NCBI GenBank assembly: GCA_019058315.1
Contig: JAHPZH010000002.1
Coordinates: 813,810-877,809, forward strand
Direction: 5' to 3'
Length of the DNA stretch: 64,000 bases
DNA from: Candidatus Helarchaeota archaeon
GTDB taxonomy: Archaea; Asgardarchaeota; Lokiarchaeia; Helarchaeales; RDOG01
The translations under genes and the position numbers were made by a program. Below are positions 1-8,974 of this stretch, piece after piece. The notes under the pieces are model-generated. The model did not search any database, was not told the origin of the DNA, and was given only the letters and a program-made list of their open reading frames with translations. Every line of letters starts with the position of its first letter. The stretch's first letter is position 1.

Positions 1-131
1 CCATTCGAAATAATAGTATTTTGCTTCTTTTTATCCATGAAATTCATGAAACCTGAATTAGTATCAAATTGGAAATTAATAAACTCATTTTCAACTGTTA
101 GAATCCCATCATTTTCGTTAAAACTTATCAT
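1..131 (-). CDS. Partial CDS (N-terminus only, runs off window start); beta-rich N-terminus, possibly a glycoside hydrolase
   Basis: ATG at 131 preceded by GGTG; open frame MISFNENDGILTVENEFINFQFDTNSGFMNFMDKKK... to the window edge. The product is a guess. Confidence 0.55.
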   Translation of the reverse strand, partial: MISFNENDGILTVENEFINFQFDTNSGFMNFMDKKKQNTIISN

Positions 132-155
132 AATTACACCAAATATTTCTTTTTA

Positions 156-719
156 TTATCCACCCAATCTTTCAATAAATGTAATATCAGAATAAAATGG
201 TTTAACATTTCTAATCTCAGAACCAACAACAACTACTTCTTTTTCAATTTTAAAACCAAATGATTTAATAAAATTAACTGCTGAAAGATTTTCGGAATAT
301 ACCTCACAAATCCATTTTTTAATTCCTTTATCCTTCAAGTATAATCCCCCATGAACCGCTAAAGCCGTTGCTACACCTGATTTTCTAAAGCTTGGATGAA
401 CTCCAATTTGGGAAATTAACCCAATTCTTTCTCCCTCCCGTTCTTCTATATTCACAATTATAAAACCAACTAATTTTCCTTCCTTATTTTCAGCTACAAA
501 GATATCTTCAGCTGGAACTTCATCAAGTTCTCCAAGCGTTAAGGGGATAAAAGGATTTTTAGAATAGGTGAATGATCTGTTAAAAAGATCAATAAAAATA
601 TCTTTTTCTCGAGTTTTATCTATGTTTCTTATCTTCATTTTTGAAGATATTTCAGGAATCTTCAAAGATTCTAAATCTAGAGTCATTATGTAATAAAGAT
701 ATGTTACTCGAGATTGCAT
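156..719 (-). CDS. GNAT family N-acetyltransferase
   Basis: Motif A 'IGVHPSFRKSGVATAL' and motif B 'VYSENLSAVNFIKSFGF'; true start may be a later Met. Confidence 0.85.
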   Translation of the reverse strand: MQSRVTYLYYIMTLDLESLKIPEISSKMKIRNIDKTREKDIFIDLFNRSFTYSKNPFIPLTLGELDEVPAEDIFVAENKEGKLVGFIIVNIEEREGERIGLISQIGVHPSFRKSGVATALAVHGGLYLKDKGIKKWICEVYSENLSAVNFIKSFGFKIEKEVVVVGSEIRNVKPFYSDITFIERLGG

Positions 720-810
720 AATTAAGAATAAATAAAATTATATTAAAAAAATTGAATGTTCATACAAATTCTTAAAAACTACGATAATCAATCTAAAGCT
801 TATTTATTAT

Positions 811-2319
811 GTGTTGGAAATGGAAGATTCTTTATTTAATCCAAGAGGCGTTGCAGTAGTAGGAGCATCTCCACATTTCGTTTCTGGAGGAACTTTCTTC
901 TTAAGAGCACTATTAGCTGCGGAATTTCCTAAAGAAAGGTTATTTCCTATAAATCCAAAACATAAGGAAATGTATGGTCTTAAAGTTTATCCAAATCTTC
1001 AATCAGTTCCACATCCAGTGGATTATGTTATTGTTATTGTTCCTAAAAATGCCACGTTTGACGTAATGAAGGATTGTGTTGAAAAAAAAGTCAAATTAGT
1101 AAGTTGTTTCACTTCTGGATTTTCTGAAATTGGTAATAAAGAAGATGAGAAACGACTAGTGTCTATTGCTAAAAAAGGTGGTGTCCGATTATTAGGTCCT
1201 AACTGTATGGGGTTATGTGTGCCTAAACTCCGGTTAGTGTTTGATACAGGAATCGAAGCTGGAGAGGAATGGGCAGGTAATATTTCAATTATCTCTCAAT
1301 CTGGTGGAAATGCTGATGTTATGATTATAATAGGAAATGGAATCGGTTTAAAATTTAATAAAGCGGTATCTTATGGAAATGGGTCTGATATAAATGCAGA
1401 TGAACTTTTAAAATATTTTAAAAATGACCCTGAAACTCATATAATCTTACAATATTTGGAAGGATTTAAAACAATTGAACAAGGGAGAAATTATTTGAAA
1501 ACCCTTCGTGAAACGACTCTAAAAAAACCTGTACTTATCTTTCAAGGAGGGACTACAGCTATAGGAAAACGATCTATATTCAGCCATACGGGTTCCATCT
1601 CTGGAGACAATCGTGTGATAGAAGGAGCCTTTAAGCAAGCTGGAGCTATTATGGTTAAGCAAGGAATTAGACATGTTCTATATACTGCCTTATTAATTTC
1701 ATGCTTTCAAAAATCTAATAAATTATTTAAAGTTGGACCAAATCTCGGGACAATTCTAGGGGGAGGAGGTAATAATGTATATGTTGCTGATATTTGTTCT
1801 AAAATGGGATTTAATTTTCCTGCATTCGACGAAGATATGAAAGAATGGCTTAAAAAAAATGTTGGGGAAGTTGGAACTGTATTGGGAAATCCAATTGACA
1901 TGAATGCCGGCATGAGTGGCTATAAAACTGCTATTAAAATAATGAAATTGATGGATAAAATAGATCAAATTGACGTTATTACCTATGAAACCGATTTTGA
2001 TTGGTGGTTAGTATCTGCTAAAATTAGACAAAAATTGGATTTATACAAAGAATTTGATTTTAAAGTATTAATGGAATCAATAATGGATACGAATGTTAAA
2101 ACCTTGATTCGTAACATAAGAAAGCTCCAAAAACCAGTTATCCTTGTCTCTTCACAGACATTTTATGATGCAGATATCGTTTCAAAACGAAATGAATTAG
2201 AAGATACTTTTCGCAAGGCTGATATACCCATTATAAATGATATGGCTACCATGGCAACGGCTTTAAAATACCTAATTGAATATAAAGAGTATATTTTAAA
2301 TGTAAAAAAAACATTATAA
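811..2319 (+). CDS. Acetate/acyl-CoA ligase (ADP-forming) alpha-subunit family protein
   Basis: CoA-binding 'VAVVGAS', 'RLLGPNCMG', 'ISQSGG', 'VSYGN', phosphorylatable His in 'SHTGSISG', 'NPIDM'. Confidence 0.9.
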   Translation: MLEMEDSLFNPRGVAVVGASPHFVSGGTFFLRALLAAEFPKERLFPINPKHKEMYGLKVYPNLQSVPHPVDYVIVIVPKNATFDVMKDCVEKKVKLVSCFTSGFSEIGNKEDEKRLVSIAKKGGVRLLGPNCMGLCVPKLRLVFDTGIEAGEEWAGNISIISQSGGNADVMIIIGNGIGLKFNKAVSYGNGSDINADELLKYFKNDPETHIILQYLEGFKTIEQGRNYLKTLRETTLKKPVLIFQGGTTAIGKRSIFSHTGSISGDNRVIEGAFKQAGAIMVKQGIRHVLYTALLISCFQKSNKLFKVGPNLGTILGGGGNNVYVADICSKMGFNFPAFDEDMKEWLKKNVGEVGTVLGNPIDMNAGMSGYKTAIKIMKLMDKIDQIDVITYETDFDWWLVSAKIRQKLDLYKEFDFKVLMESIMDTNVKTLIRNIRKLQKPVILVSSQTFYDADIVSKRNELEDTFRKADIPIINDMATMATALKYLIEYKEYILNVKKTL

Positions 2320-2337
2320 AAATCGGAAGGATTAATA

Positions 2338-3156
2338 ATGGAAGAAGAATCAGTTGTTAATAAGTATCCCATAGTATTTTTTTATATCACTGTATTAGCG
2401 ATTGGATTTATTGCTTTAATACCTGTAATATTTTTTGGAATTGGTATATTCACATTAATTTCTGCTACTAGTGCGAGTTTAGGTGCTATAATTTTTGTTG
2501 GTATAACAAGAAAAAAGGAAGGTCTTAAGGATCTATTTAGCACCTTTAAGAATTGGCGTTGTAACCCAGTTTGGTATATTATATCTATTTTTTTAATGCC
2601 TGGTCTTACACTTCTTGCAATGGGAATTTCTATTATGCTTGGTCTTCCTCTAAGATCAAGCTATCTAACCCCTCCACCTTTACGAAATTTAGAATTATTC
2701 ATTTTTCAGTTCATATTTATATTTTTTCAGGCAGGTTTAGGTGAGGAAATCGGTTGGCGCATCTACGCTACTCCAAAGCTTGCAGAAAAATATTCAAAAT
2801 TAAAAGCAGCCCTAATAGTTGGTGTTCTTTGGGCTTTCTGGCATACTCCTTTATTTTTATTTCCGGGAACGTTACAACATGAAATGTCAGTCCAAGCCGG
2901 ATTTTTATTTGCTTATTCGGGATATATGTTGTACGTAGCTCTTTCTGCTATTTTATTTGCATGGGTATATTTTCAATCAGGTGGAAATGCATGGCTACCT
3001 GTATTGCTTCACACAACCCTGAACGCGGCTAACTGGCTCTTACTGCCGGAAGCTCCCTTCATAGTGAAGATGGTTTTTACTGTTTTAGTATGGATCCTTT
3101 CTATATTAGTTGCAGCGGTTTATGGTTCTGATCTTTCTCGAAAAATTAAGGATTAA
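2338..3156 (+). CDS. CPBP/Abi (Rce1-like, type II CAAX) intramembrane metalloprotease
   Basis: 'GEEIGWR', 'WAFWH', 'LLHTTLN' motifs; multiple TM helices. Confidence 0.9.
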   Translation: MEEESVVNKYPIVFFYITVLAIGFIALIPVIFFGIGIFTLISATSASLGAIIFVGITRKKEGLKDLFSTFKNWRCNPVWYIISIFLMPGLTLLAMGISIMLGLPLRSSYLTPPPLRNLELFIFQFIFIFFQAGLGEEIGWRIYATPKLAEKYSKLKAALIVGVLWAFWHTPLFLFPGTLQHEMSVQAGFLFAYSGYMLYVALSAILFAWVYFQSGGNAWLPVLLHTTLNAANWLLLPEAPFIVKMVFTVLVWILSILVAAVYGSDLSRKIKD

Positions 3157-3174
3157 CATCAGTTTATAAATTTT

Positions 3175-3738
3175 TTATCGTCTATGATTGATTAATTCTC
3201 CAATGATGTAATTAAATGCCTCCTTAACATTCATATTCTGTTTTGCTGAAGTTTCCATATACTTAAAACCAATTTTATCAGCATATTCTTGACCTTGTGT
3301 TGGTGATATTTTTCGTGGAGAAATATCAATTTTATTGCCGATTAGAATCCTTGGGACTTCATTATCAATATATTTTTCAATTTGCTTTTTCCAAAATGAT
3401 AGATTTTTAAAAGTTTTCGAATTTGTAACATCAAAAACTAATATGATACCATTTACTCTATCATAAAATTGTCTAAAAGATTCCGCCCTATAAAATTTAA
3501 GATCTCCTAATATTTGCCAAAAATTAACCTTAACTTCCTCATTAAGACTTGGCTTATTTATTTTCAAAGTCTCAATATCCCATCCCAATACATTATGTTT
3601 TCCAAGTTTTCTAAAATCAAGGGGAAGATAACGATATAATAAAGAAGTCTTACCAGATCCATTATCACCAATAATAATAACTTTATAACTTGGCAAATTT
3701 TTTTCCCATTTCTTCAATATTATAGTAAATATAATCAC
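3175..3738 (-). CDS. Rab-like small GTPase with non-canonical G3
   Basis: G1 GDNGSGKT, G3 region WQILGD, LVFDVT, G4 GNKID, G5 ETSAK. Confidence 0.85.
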   Translation of the reverse strand: MIIFTIILKKWEKNLPSYKVIIIGDNGSGKTSLLYRYLPLDFRKLGKHNVLGWDIETLKINKPSLNEEVKVNFWQILGDLKFYRAESFRQFYDRVNGIILVFDVTNSKTFKNLSFWKKQIEKYIDNEVPRILIGNKIDISPRKISPTQGQEYADKIGFKYMETSAKQNMNVKEAFNYIIGELINHRR

Positions 3739-3879
3739 TTAAAATTGTAAAGAATATTAAAAATTATTTCATTTGATATTATTAAAATGAAAACCTAATG
3801 GATTTTTTCTTTTCTCAGTTTTATATGAGTCTTTTCCCTTTTTATTAACAAAAATGAATAGTTAAATTGCAGATGAAAC

Positions 3880-5067
3880 ATGAGATTGACAGAGCACATT
3901 CAACTAAAGAAGAGTAAGGAATTATCAAATCTTTGCCATTTATCTAAAAACCTATACAATGAAGCTAACTATATCATAAGACAAAGATTTTTTAAAGATA
4001 GACATTGGACTCGTTATACTGAGCTAAATAAGATTTTAAAAACCTCTACAAATTATAAATCATTACCGATTCAATCTTCTCAACAAATCATGAGATTATT
4101 GGATAAGAATTGGAAATCGTTTTTCAAAGCAATAAAAGATTGGAAAATATATCCTGAAAAATATTTTGGCAGCCCAAAATTACCGAGATATAAAAAGAAG
4201 AATGGGGAATATCTGGTCATCTTTACTAACCAACAATGCCGAATTAAAGATGGATTTCTAAAATTTCCTAAAAAATCAAACCTAACACCAATTAAAACAA
4301 GAATAGACAACAACCTACACCAAGTTAGAATCATACCAAGAGGAGAGAGATACATTTTAGAAATCATTTATGAACAAGATGTAATTAATTTAGAATTGGA
4401 TAAAAGCAGAATTATAGGGATTGATTTGGGACTAAACAATCTCGTAACTGTCGTGAATAATGTTGGCTTACAACCATTCGTTATTAAAGGCGGGATAGTT
4501 AAATCTATCAATCAATACTATAATAAGCAATTAGCAAAGTTTAAGTCGATAAAAGACAAGCAAAAATACAAATTTGAAACAAAACGATTACAACGCTTAA
4601 CGTTAAAGAGGAATAATAAGATAAAGAACATATTTCATAAAGTTTCACGAATGATAATTTCTTTTTGTATCGAAAATAATTTTGGAAAGATAATTTTCGG
4701 ATATAATATCGGTTGGAAGCAAAATATAACAATTGGTAAGACAAATAATCAAAACTTTGTGCACGCTCCGTTTTCAAAATTGCTTCAAATGGTAAAATAT
4801 AAAGCCGAATTGATTGGAATTGATGTAAAGCTAATTGAAGAAAGCCATACTTCTAAATGTAGTTTTTTAGATGGTGAGTCGATTGAACACCACAACCATT
4901 ACTTAGGAATGAGAGTTAAAAGAGGATTATTCAAGACAAAGAATGGAAAAATAATTAATGCTGATGTAAACGGGGCTTATAATATTATTAAAAAAGCAGT
5001 CCCAAATGCCTTCTCGGTTGATGGGATAGAGGCACTTGGGTTAGTGCCACAATCTATTTTGATATAA
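3880..5067 (+). CDS. tnpB: RNA-guided endonuclease TnpB (IS200/IS605 family)
   Basis: N-terminal 'SKNLYNEANY', RuvC-I 'GIDLGLNN', 'EESHTSKCS', RuvC-III 'NADVNGAYNI'. Confidence 0.93.
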   Translation: MRLTEHIQLKKSKELSNLCHLSKNLYNEANYIIRQRFFKDRHWTRYTELNKILKTSTNYKSLPIQSSQQIMRLLDKNWKSFFKAIKDWKIYPEKYFGSPKLPRYKKKNGEYLVIFTNQQCRIKDGFLKFPKKSNLTPIKTRIDNNLHQVRIIPRGERYILEIIYEQDVINLELDKSRIIGIDLGLNNLVTVVNNVGLQPFVIKGGIVKSINQYYNKQLAKFKSIKDKQKYKFETKRLQRLTLKRNNKIKNIFHKVSRMIISFCIENNFGKIIFGYNIGWKQNITIGKTNNQNFVHAPFSKLLQMVKYKAELIGIDVKLIEESHTSKCSFLDGESIEHHNHYLGMRVKRGLFKTKNGKIINADVNGAYNIIKKAVPNAFSVDGIEALGLVPQSILI

Positions 5068-5110
5068 TAGATTGAAATAAATCTTATCATATTTGATAGA
5101 TTTTTGTAAC
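3880..5110 (+). mobile_element. Non-autonomous (TnpA-less, IS1341-like) IS200/IS605 element; left end not determined
   Basis: Solo tnpB between divergent genes; hairpins at the 3' end ending at ...TTGTAAC (5110, inferred right end). Confidence 0.7.
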
Positions 5111-5130
5111 CTAGCAAATTCAAATTATAA
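5020..5130 (+). ncRNA. Putative TnpB omegaRNA (3' scaffold plus flanking guide); boundaries approximate
   Basis: Three hairpins: GGCACT/AGTGCC (5031-5048), CAATCTATT/AATAGATTG (5050-5074), AAATC(T)TATCA/TGATAGATTT (5079-5103), overlapping the tnpB 3' end as known for TnpB loci. Confidence 0.6.
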
Positions 5131-5227
5131 ATTTATAGATTTTAATTAGAATTAAATAAATGGAATTTAAAAATAATTATTTTAATAATTTATTGTGATT
5201 TTAAGAAATATCTAAATCGAGATTACA

Positions 5228-5461
5228 ATGCCTTTTAAAGAAGTTGATATTCCATCACATATAAGAAGTTATCAAGGGTATCCTCAGTTAATTGAAAATG
5301 AAGGCTGCCCTAGATGCAAAAGTCTGATGTTAACTGTTGATATTAAAAGCTTTAAGATAGGTAATTTAACATTCGGTGCAACTTGCTCGAACTGTGGGCT
5401 GTTTTTTTATGTAAAAGAGGATGATAAGAACCAAAAATTATTATTTGAATATGAAAAATAA
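5228..5461 (+). CDS. Small zinc-ribbon protein
   Basis: CPRC...CSNC; first gene of an apparent operon. Confidence 0.65.
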   Translation: MPFKEVDIPSHIRSYQGYPQLIENEGCPRCKSLMLTVDIKSFKIGNLTFGATCSNCGLFFYVKEDDKNQKLLFEYEK

Positions 5462-5475
5462 TTGTTCTTTAAACA

Positions 5476-6234
5476 TTGGTGAATTTAGTGACACTTTCTG
5501 TTGGGGGAATTAAGGATATTAGCACTATTGATTATCCTGGAGAAGTAGTTTCCGTAATTTTTTTATGTGGTTGCCCCTTTAAATGTCCATTTTGCCAAAA
5601 TTGGTCATTGCTTGATTATAAGAATTGTAATGATACAGAAATTTCTGATATTATATTAAAATTAAAGGATTATTCGGATTTTGTTAATGGTGTTTGTATT
5701 ACAGGTGGTGAACCTACTTTACAAGAGAAAGGATTAATTGAATTTCTTAATCAAGGAAAGGATCTAGGTTTATTAAAATTGGATACAAATGGATTCTATC
5801 CCAGAATTATTGAAGAAATTTTGAAAATGAAGGTTATTTCATATATTGCACTTGATATTAAAACAAGATTTAACCCTATTGAATATGGGACTGCATGTGG
5901 TCTCCCCGAATCTGGAGAAAAAATTATAAAACAAGTCAAAAGGTCAATCGAATTAATATTAAAGGAACCTTCAATCATTTTTGAAGCTCGTACTACTATT
6001 GTTCCTAATTTAATTGATAAAGAAGAACAGATTGAAGAGATTGTATCTAGCTTATCTGGAGTTAAAAGATACGTTTTACAACAATTTAGATCTGATGGAG
6101 GAACATTGGATCCGAATTTTAAAAATTTAGAAATGCCCTCCTATTCAAAAATGGTAAAATTGGCAGAAATTGCAAAAAAATATATAGACGATGTCCGAAT
6201 TAGGACCCTACTTAATGGAGAAGAAATAATTTAA
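5476..6234 (+). CDS. nrdG: Anaerobic ribonucleoside-triphosphate reductase activating protein (radical SAM, NrdG-type)
   Basis: 'STIDYPG', CxxxCxxC 'CPFKCPFC', 'ITGGEPTLQ', 'KLDTNG', 'EARTT', 'YVLQQFR'. Confidence 0.8.
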   Translation: MVNLVTLSVGGIKDISTIDYPGEVVSVIFLCGCPFKCPFCQNWSLLDYKNCNDTEISDIILKLKDYSDFVNGVCITGGEPTLQEKGLIEFLNQGKDLGLLKLDTNGFYPRIIEEILKMKVISYIALDIKTRFNPIEYGTACGLPESGEKIIKQVKRSIELILKEPSIIFEARTTIVPNLIDKEEQIEEIVSSLSGVKRYVLQQFRSDGGTLDPNFKNLEMPSYSKMVKLAEIAKKYIDDVRIRTLLNGEEII

Positions 6235-6260
6235 TAAAATATTATTAACTTACTAAAAGA

Positions 6261-6980
6261 TTGATTATGCCACGAGAAAAGGTCGCAGCTCATTATATAA
6301 TCCGCGAAATTAAATACAATACTCAAATTTGGGAAATATTTCGACAAAAACGCAAAATTGCACTTGAATTAATGAAGGCATTCAAAAGGTTTAACCCATT
6401 TATTCATGGTTCAATTGCACGTGGTGATATTAAACCTACTAGTGATATAGATATCATTATTCCTCATATAATAGATGAATTCGAGTTAATTCAACCACTT
6501 GATTCCATTAAATATGAGATTATAGAAAGATGGTTAGTTCAAGCTACCCCATTATCTGGAATTAAAGCAAATTTAGTATTGACACCTGAAATTACAGTTA
6601 CTATACCTCTGATCCCTTTCTACCCACGAGAGTTGCAATTTTATGATTTTGGTGGAAAAGTTGGTCTAGATGCAGTTCAATTAGGAACTAGAGTTCCTGG
6701 AATTAATAAGCAACTTTTATTGATAGATCCTACTGATTCTGGACATATTGAATCCCGTGTTACTAAACAAAATGCTGGTCAGGTCTCAAAATTACTTGGA
6801 ATATCTATTTCAACAATCCTTGAACGTATTCGTGTCCTTGAGAGAAGAGATAAAGTTGGTCGAACTGGGATGTATTTAAAAAGATTAGTCCCTCCATCAA
6901 AGTCTTTCGGACAAGTCCTTAAAGAAATTAGTAGCCGATTTCCCGCAACTAGAAGAAGAATTAGAAGGAAAAAAATATAA
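6261..6980 (+). CDS. Archaeal Pol-beta-superfamily nucleotidyltransferase (COG2413-like)
   Basis: 'HGSIARGD...SDIDI', 'VQATP', 'FYDFGG', 'RVPGINKQL', 'RRDKVGRTG'. Confidence 0.8.
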   Translation: MIMPREKVAAHYIIREIKYNTQIWEIFRQKRKIALELMKAFKRFNPFIHGSIARGDIKPTSDIDIIIPHIIDEFELIQPLDSIKYEIIERWLVQATPLSGIKANLVLTPEITVTIPLIPFYPRELQFYDFGGKVGLDAVQLGTRVPGINKQLLLIDPTDSGHIESRVTKQNAGQVSKLLGISISTILERIRVLERRDKVGRTGMYLKRLVPPSKSFGQVLKEISSRFPATRRRIRRKKI

Positions 6981-6992
6981 AAGGTAAAATAA

Positions 6993-7601
6993 ATGAGCTT
7001 TATATTTACAATCGATCCCCATATACATTCTAAAAATTCACCCGATTGCAAAATGACTCGAAAGCAAATTATTTTAAAAGCTCTTGAGTTGGAATTAGAT
7101 GCTATATGCATCACTGACCACGATATTATTACTAAAATGCTTCCTGATGCAAATATTCTAATTTTATCAGGTTGTGAGATAACGACAAATCATGGCCATA
7201 TTTTAGCCTATGGTATTTCGGAACCTATTCCTATATCACTTTCAGCAGAAGATACTATAGATAGGATCCATAATCAAGGAGGTGTTGCAATTGCTGCCCA
7301 TCCCTATCGTAAATTTGGTCAAGAAAATGCAGATATTATTGGGCTAGGAAACAGCGATAAAATCTTTTCTTGCCCTATCGATGGTGTTGAAGTTATCAAT
7401 TCCCTTACTAATAAAAAAGAAAATTCAAAAGCCCGTGAAACTGCAAAATTACTTAAACTCCCTATGTTGGGTGGAAGTGATGCACACCGGATAGAAACCA
7501 TCGGAAAAGCTGTAACTAGATTATCAACAAGTATCGAAAATATTGATGATTTTATTAATTGTATAAAAAATGGAAAATTATTGCCCTCTATAGGCTATTA
7601 A
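6993..7601 (+). CDS. PHP-domain metal-dependent phosphoesterase
   Basis: 'DPHIHS', 'ITDHD', 'GCEITT..GHIL', 'AAHPY', 'GGSDAH'. Confidence 0.9.
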   Translation: MSFIFTIDPHIHSKNSPDCKMTRKQIILKALELELDAICITDHDIITKMLPDANILILSGCEITTNHGHILAYGISEPIPISLSAEDTIDRIHNQGGVAIAAHPYRKFGQENADIIGLGNSDKIFSCPIDGVEVINSLTNKKENSKARETAKLLKLPMLGGSDAHRIETIGKAVTRLSTSIENIDDFINCIKNGKLLPSIGY

Positions 7602-7609
7602 ATCTATAA

Positions 7610-8182
7610 TTATTGCTTTACTCTTCCTGCTCCTTTAAATTCAATAGTAATGAGTTCATCCTCTAGTTGCATAGCTTCTAATGAGTTTGTAAATATTTTA
7701 TATTCCTTACCTATCAATAAGCTAAAATATTTTGAAATCGATTTTATAGCATTTGTAAAAAGGAAAATAGCAGCTTCTTTTTCGGTCTTGTTATTTAAAT
7801 TATTCATAAAGAGACTATTTTTTATCGCTTTTGTTTCATCTTCATGAAAATAATATGTTATTGATAATTGTGAGTCCACAGCAGAATGCTTGTCACTCTC
7901 TATTATTAAAAACTTTTTCTTAAACGGGAAAACTTCAGATAACCACGTTTTAAATAATTTGGGTCCATCTTTTTTAAAAAAATCCGCTATTGATAAAAAA
8001 GAACCTGCCCGTTTACTCCAATCTTCATATAAAGCTTTAGCTTTTTCTTGAAATTCAAATAATTTTTCACCAAGCCCTGCGACAATATAATCTTCAAAAT
8101 ACTTGTTAGCTATTCCTGCTGTTACTTCTAGGTTGGATTTCATAATAATATCATTAGTGAATTCAATAAATTCCTTTGACAC
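7610..8182 (-). CDS. Hypothetical protein, paralog of 8290-8871
   Basis: Shares 'WLSExFPF', 'HSAVDSQL', 'AIKSIS.YF..LIG' and 'EFxGAGR' with its neighbour. Confidence 0.75.
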   Translation of the reverse strand: MSKEFIEFTNDIIMKSNLEVTAGIANKYFEDYIVAGLGEKLFEFQEKAKALYEDWSKRAGSFLSIADFFKKDGPKLFKTWLSEVFPFKKKFLIIESDKHSAVDSQLSITYYFHEDETKAIKNSLFMNNLNNKTEKEAAIFLFTNAIKSISKYFSLLIGKEYKIFTNSLEAMQLEDELITIEFKGAGRVKQ

Positions 8183-8289
8183 GGCATGTTTCGCCTTCTA
8201 TTCTTTTTTAAATCTTTAAAAAGAATAATTTTCCATAATTTTTAAAGGTTTTAATAAAAAAAATTTTAATACAAAATATTTTCAAAGCT

Positions 8290-8871
8290 TTATTGAGGAC
8301 GCCCAGCACCTTGAAATTCTACAAAAATAGATCCATTAACATCAATTTCATATAAATTAATATTTTCAGTGTAAATTTTATATCTAGTTCCAATTAAATT
8401 TTCAAAATAATCCGAGATTGATTTTATCGCATCGACAAATAATATTCTTGCGACGTCATTTATTTTCTCTTTCCATTCGTGAAATTCTAACTTCTCAAGA
8501 ACAAATTGAATATAGTCTAATTCAGCTTTATCGTAAACATAACTAATAATCAATTGAGAATCCACTGCCGAGTGCCCTTCGGGACAATCAATTATTAAAC
8601 TCTCTTTTTGAAATGGAAAAATTTCTGATAACCAATATTGAAACAAATCTCTACCATTCGTGCTAATAAAACCAGATATACCTTCAATAGAACCTCCCTG
8701 TGTTTTATACTGCTGGAAATGATTGTTAACATATTGTTGAAATAGTATAAGCGCTTCTGGGGAGGCATTTTTCAAATAATGTCTAAATATTGATTGTAAT
8801 TTTCCTCCCTCTATTCTTAACTGGGAGAGATTTATAATATTATAAACCAATATTCTAAAACGTTCGCTCGT
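8290..8871 (-). CDS. Hypothetical protein, paralog of 7610-8182; homology extends to an ACG codon at 8871 (ORF track uses TTG at 8850)
   Basis: TSERFRILVYNII aligns with MSKEFIEFTNDII; SD-like GGAGTG lies 7 nt upstream of the ACG. Confidence 0.7.
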   Translation of the reverse strand, partial: TSERFRILVYNIINLSQLRIEGGKLQSIFRHYLKNASPEALILFQQYVNNHFQQYKTQGGSIEGISGFISTNGRDLFQYWLSEIFPFQKESLIIDCPEGHSAVDSQLIISYVYDKAELDYIQFVLEKLEFHEWKEKINDVARILFVDAIKSISDYFENLIGTRYKIYTENINLYEIDVNGSIFVEFQGAGRPQ

Positions 8872-8974
8872 TTTTTAGCACTCCATTTTTTACTCTTATT
8901 CAAATAAAATCCATCGCTAATATTAAAAATTTATTATATAGGTCTTGTCAATTCTTGCTTTATAAATTGAATGT

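Noticed and set aside
156-2319. Split PatZ/Pat-type protein acetyltransferase (GNAT plus acyl-CoA ligase-like domain)
   Set aside because: Genes are divergent and the ligase keeps its catalytic His (SHTG); adjacency alone is insufficient
2338-3738. CAAX protease processing the adjacent Rab-like GTPase
   Set aside because: Genes are convergent and the GTPase ends INHRR with no CAAX or Cys motif
3767-3792. Hairpin TTTCATTT/AAATGAAA as the IS left end
   Set aside because: Almost entirely A/T; cannot be distinguished from background without a second element copy
5111-5126. Target of the predicted TnpB guide within the window (CTAGCAAAT in the duplicated 70-aa genes)
   Set aside because: Only a 9-nt match, expected by chance
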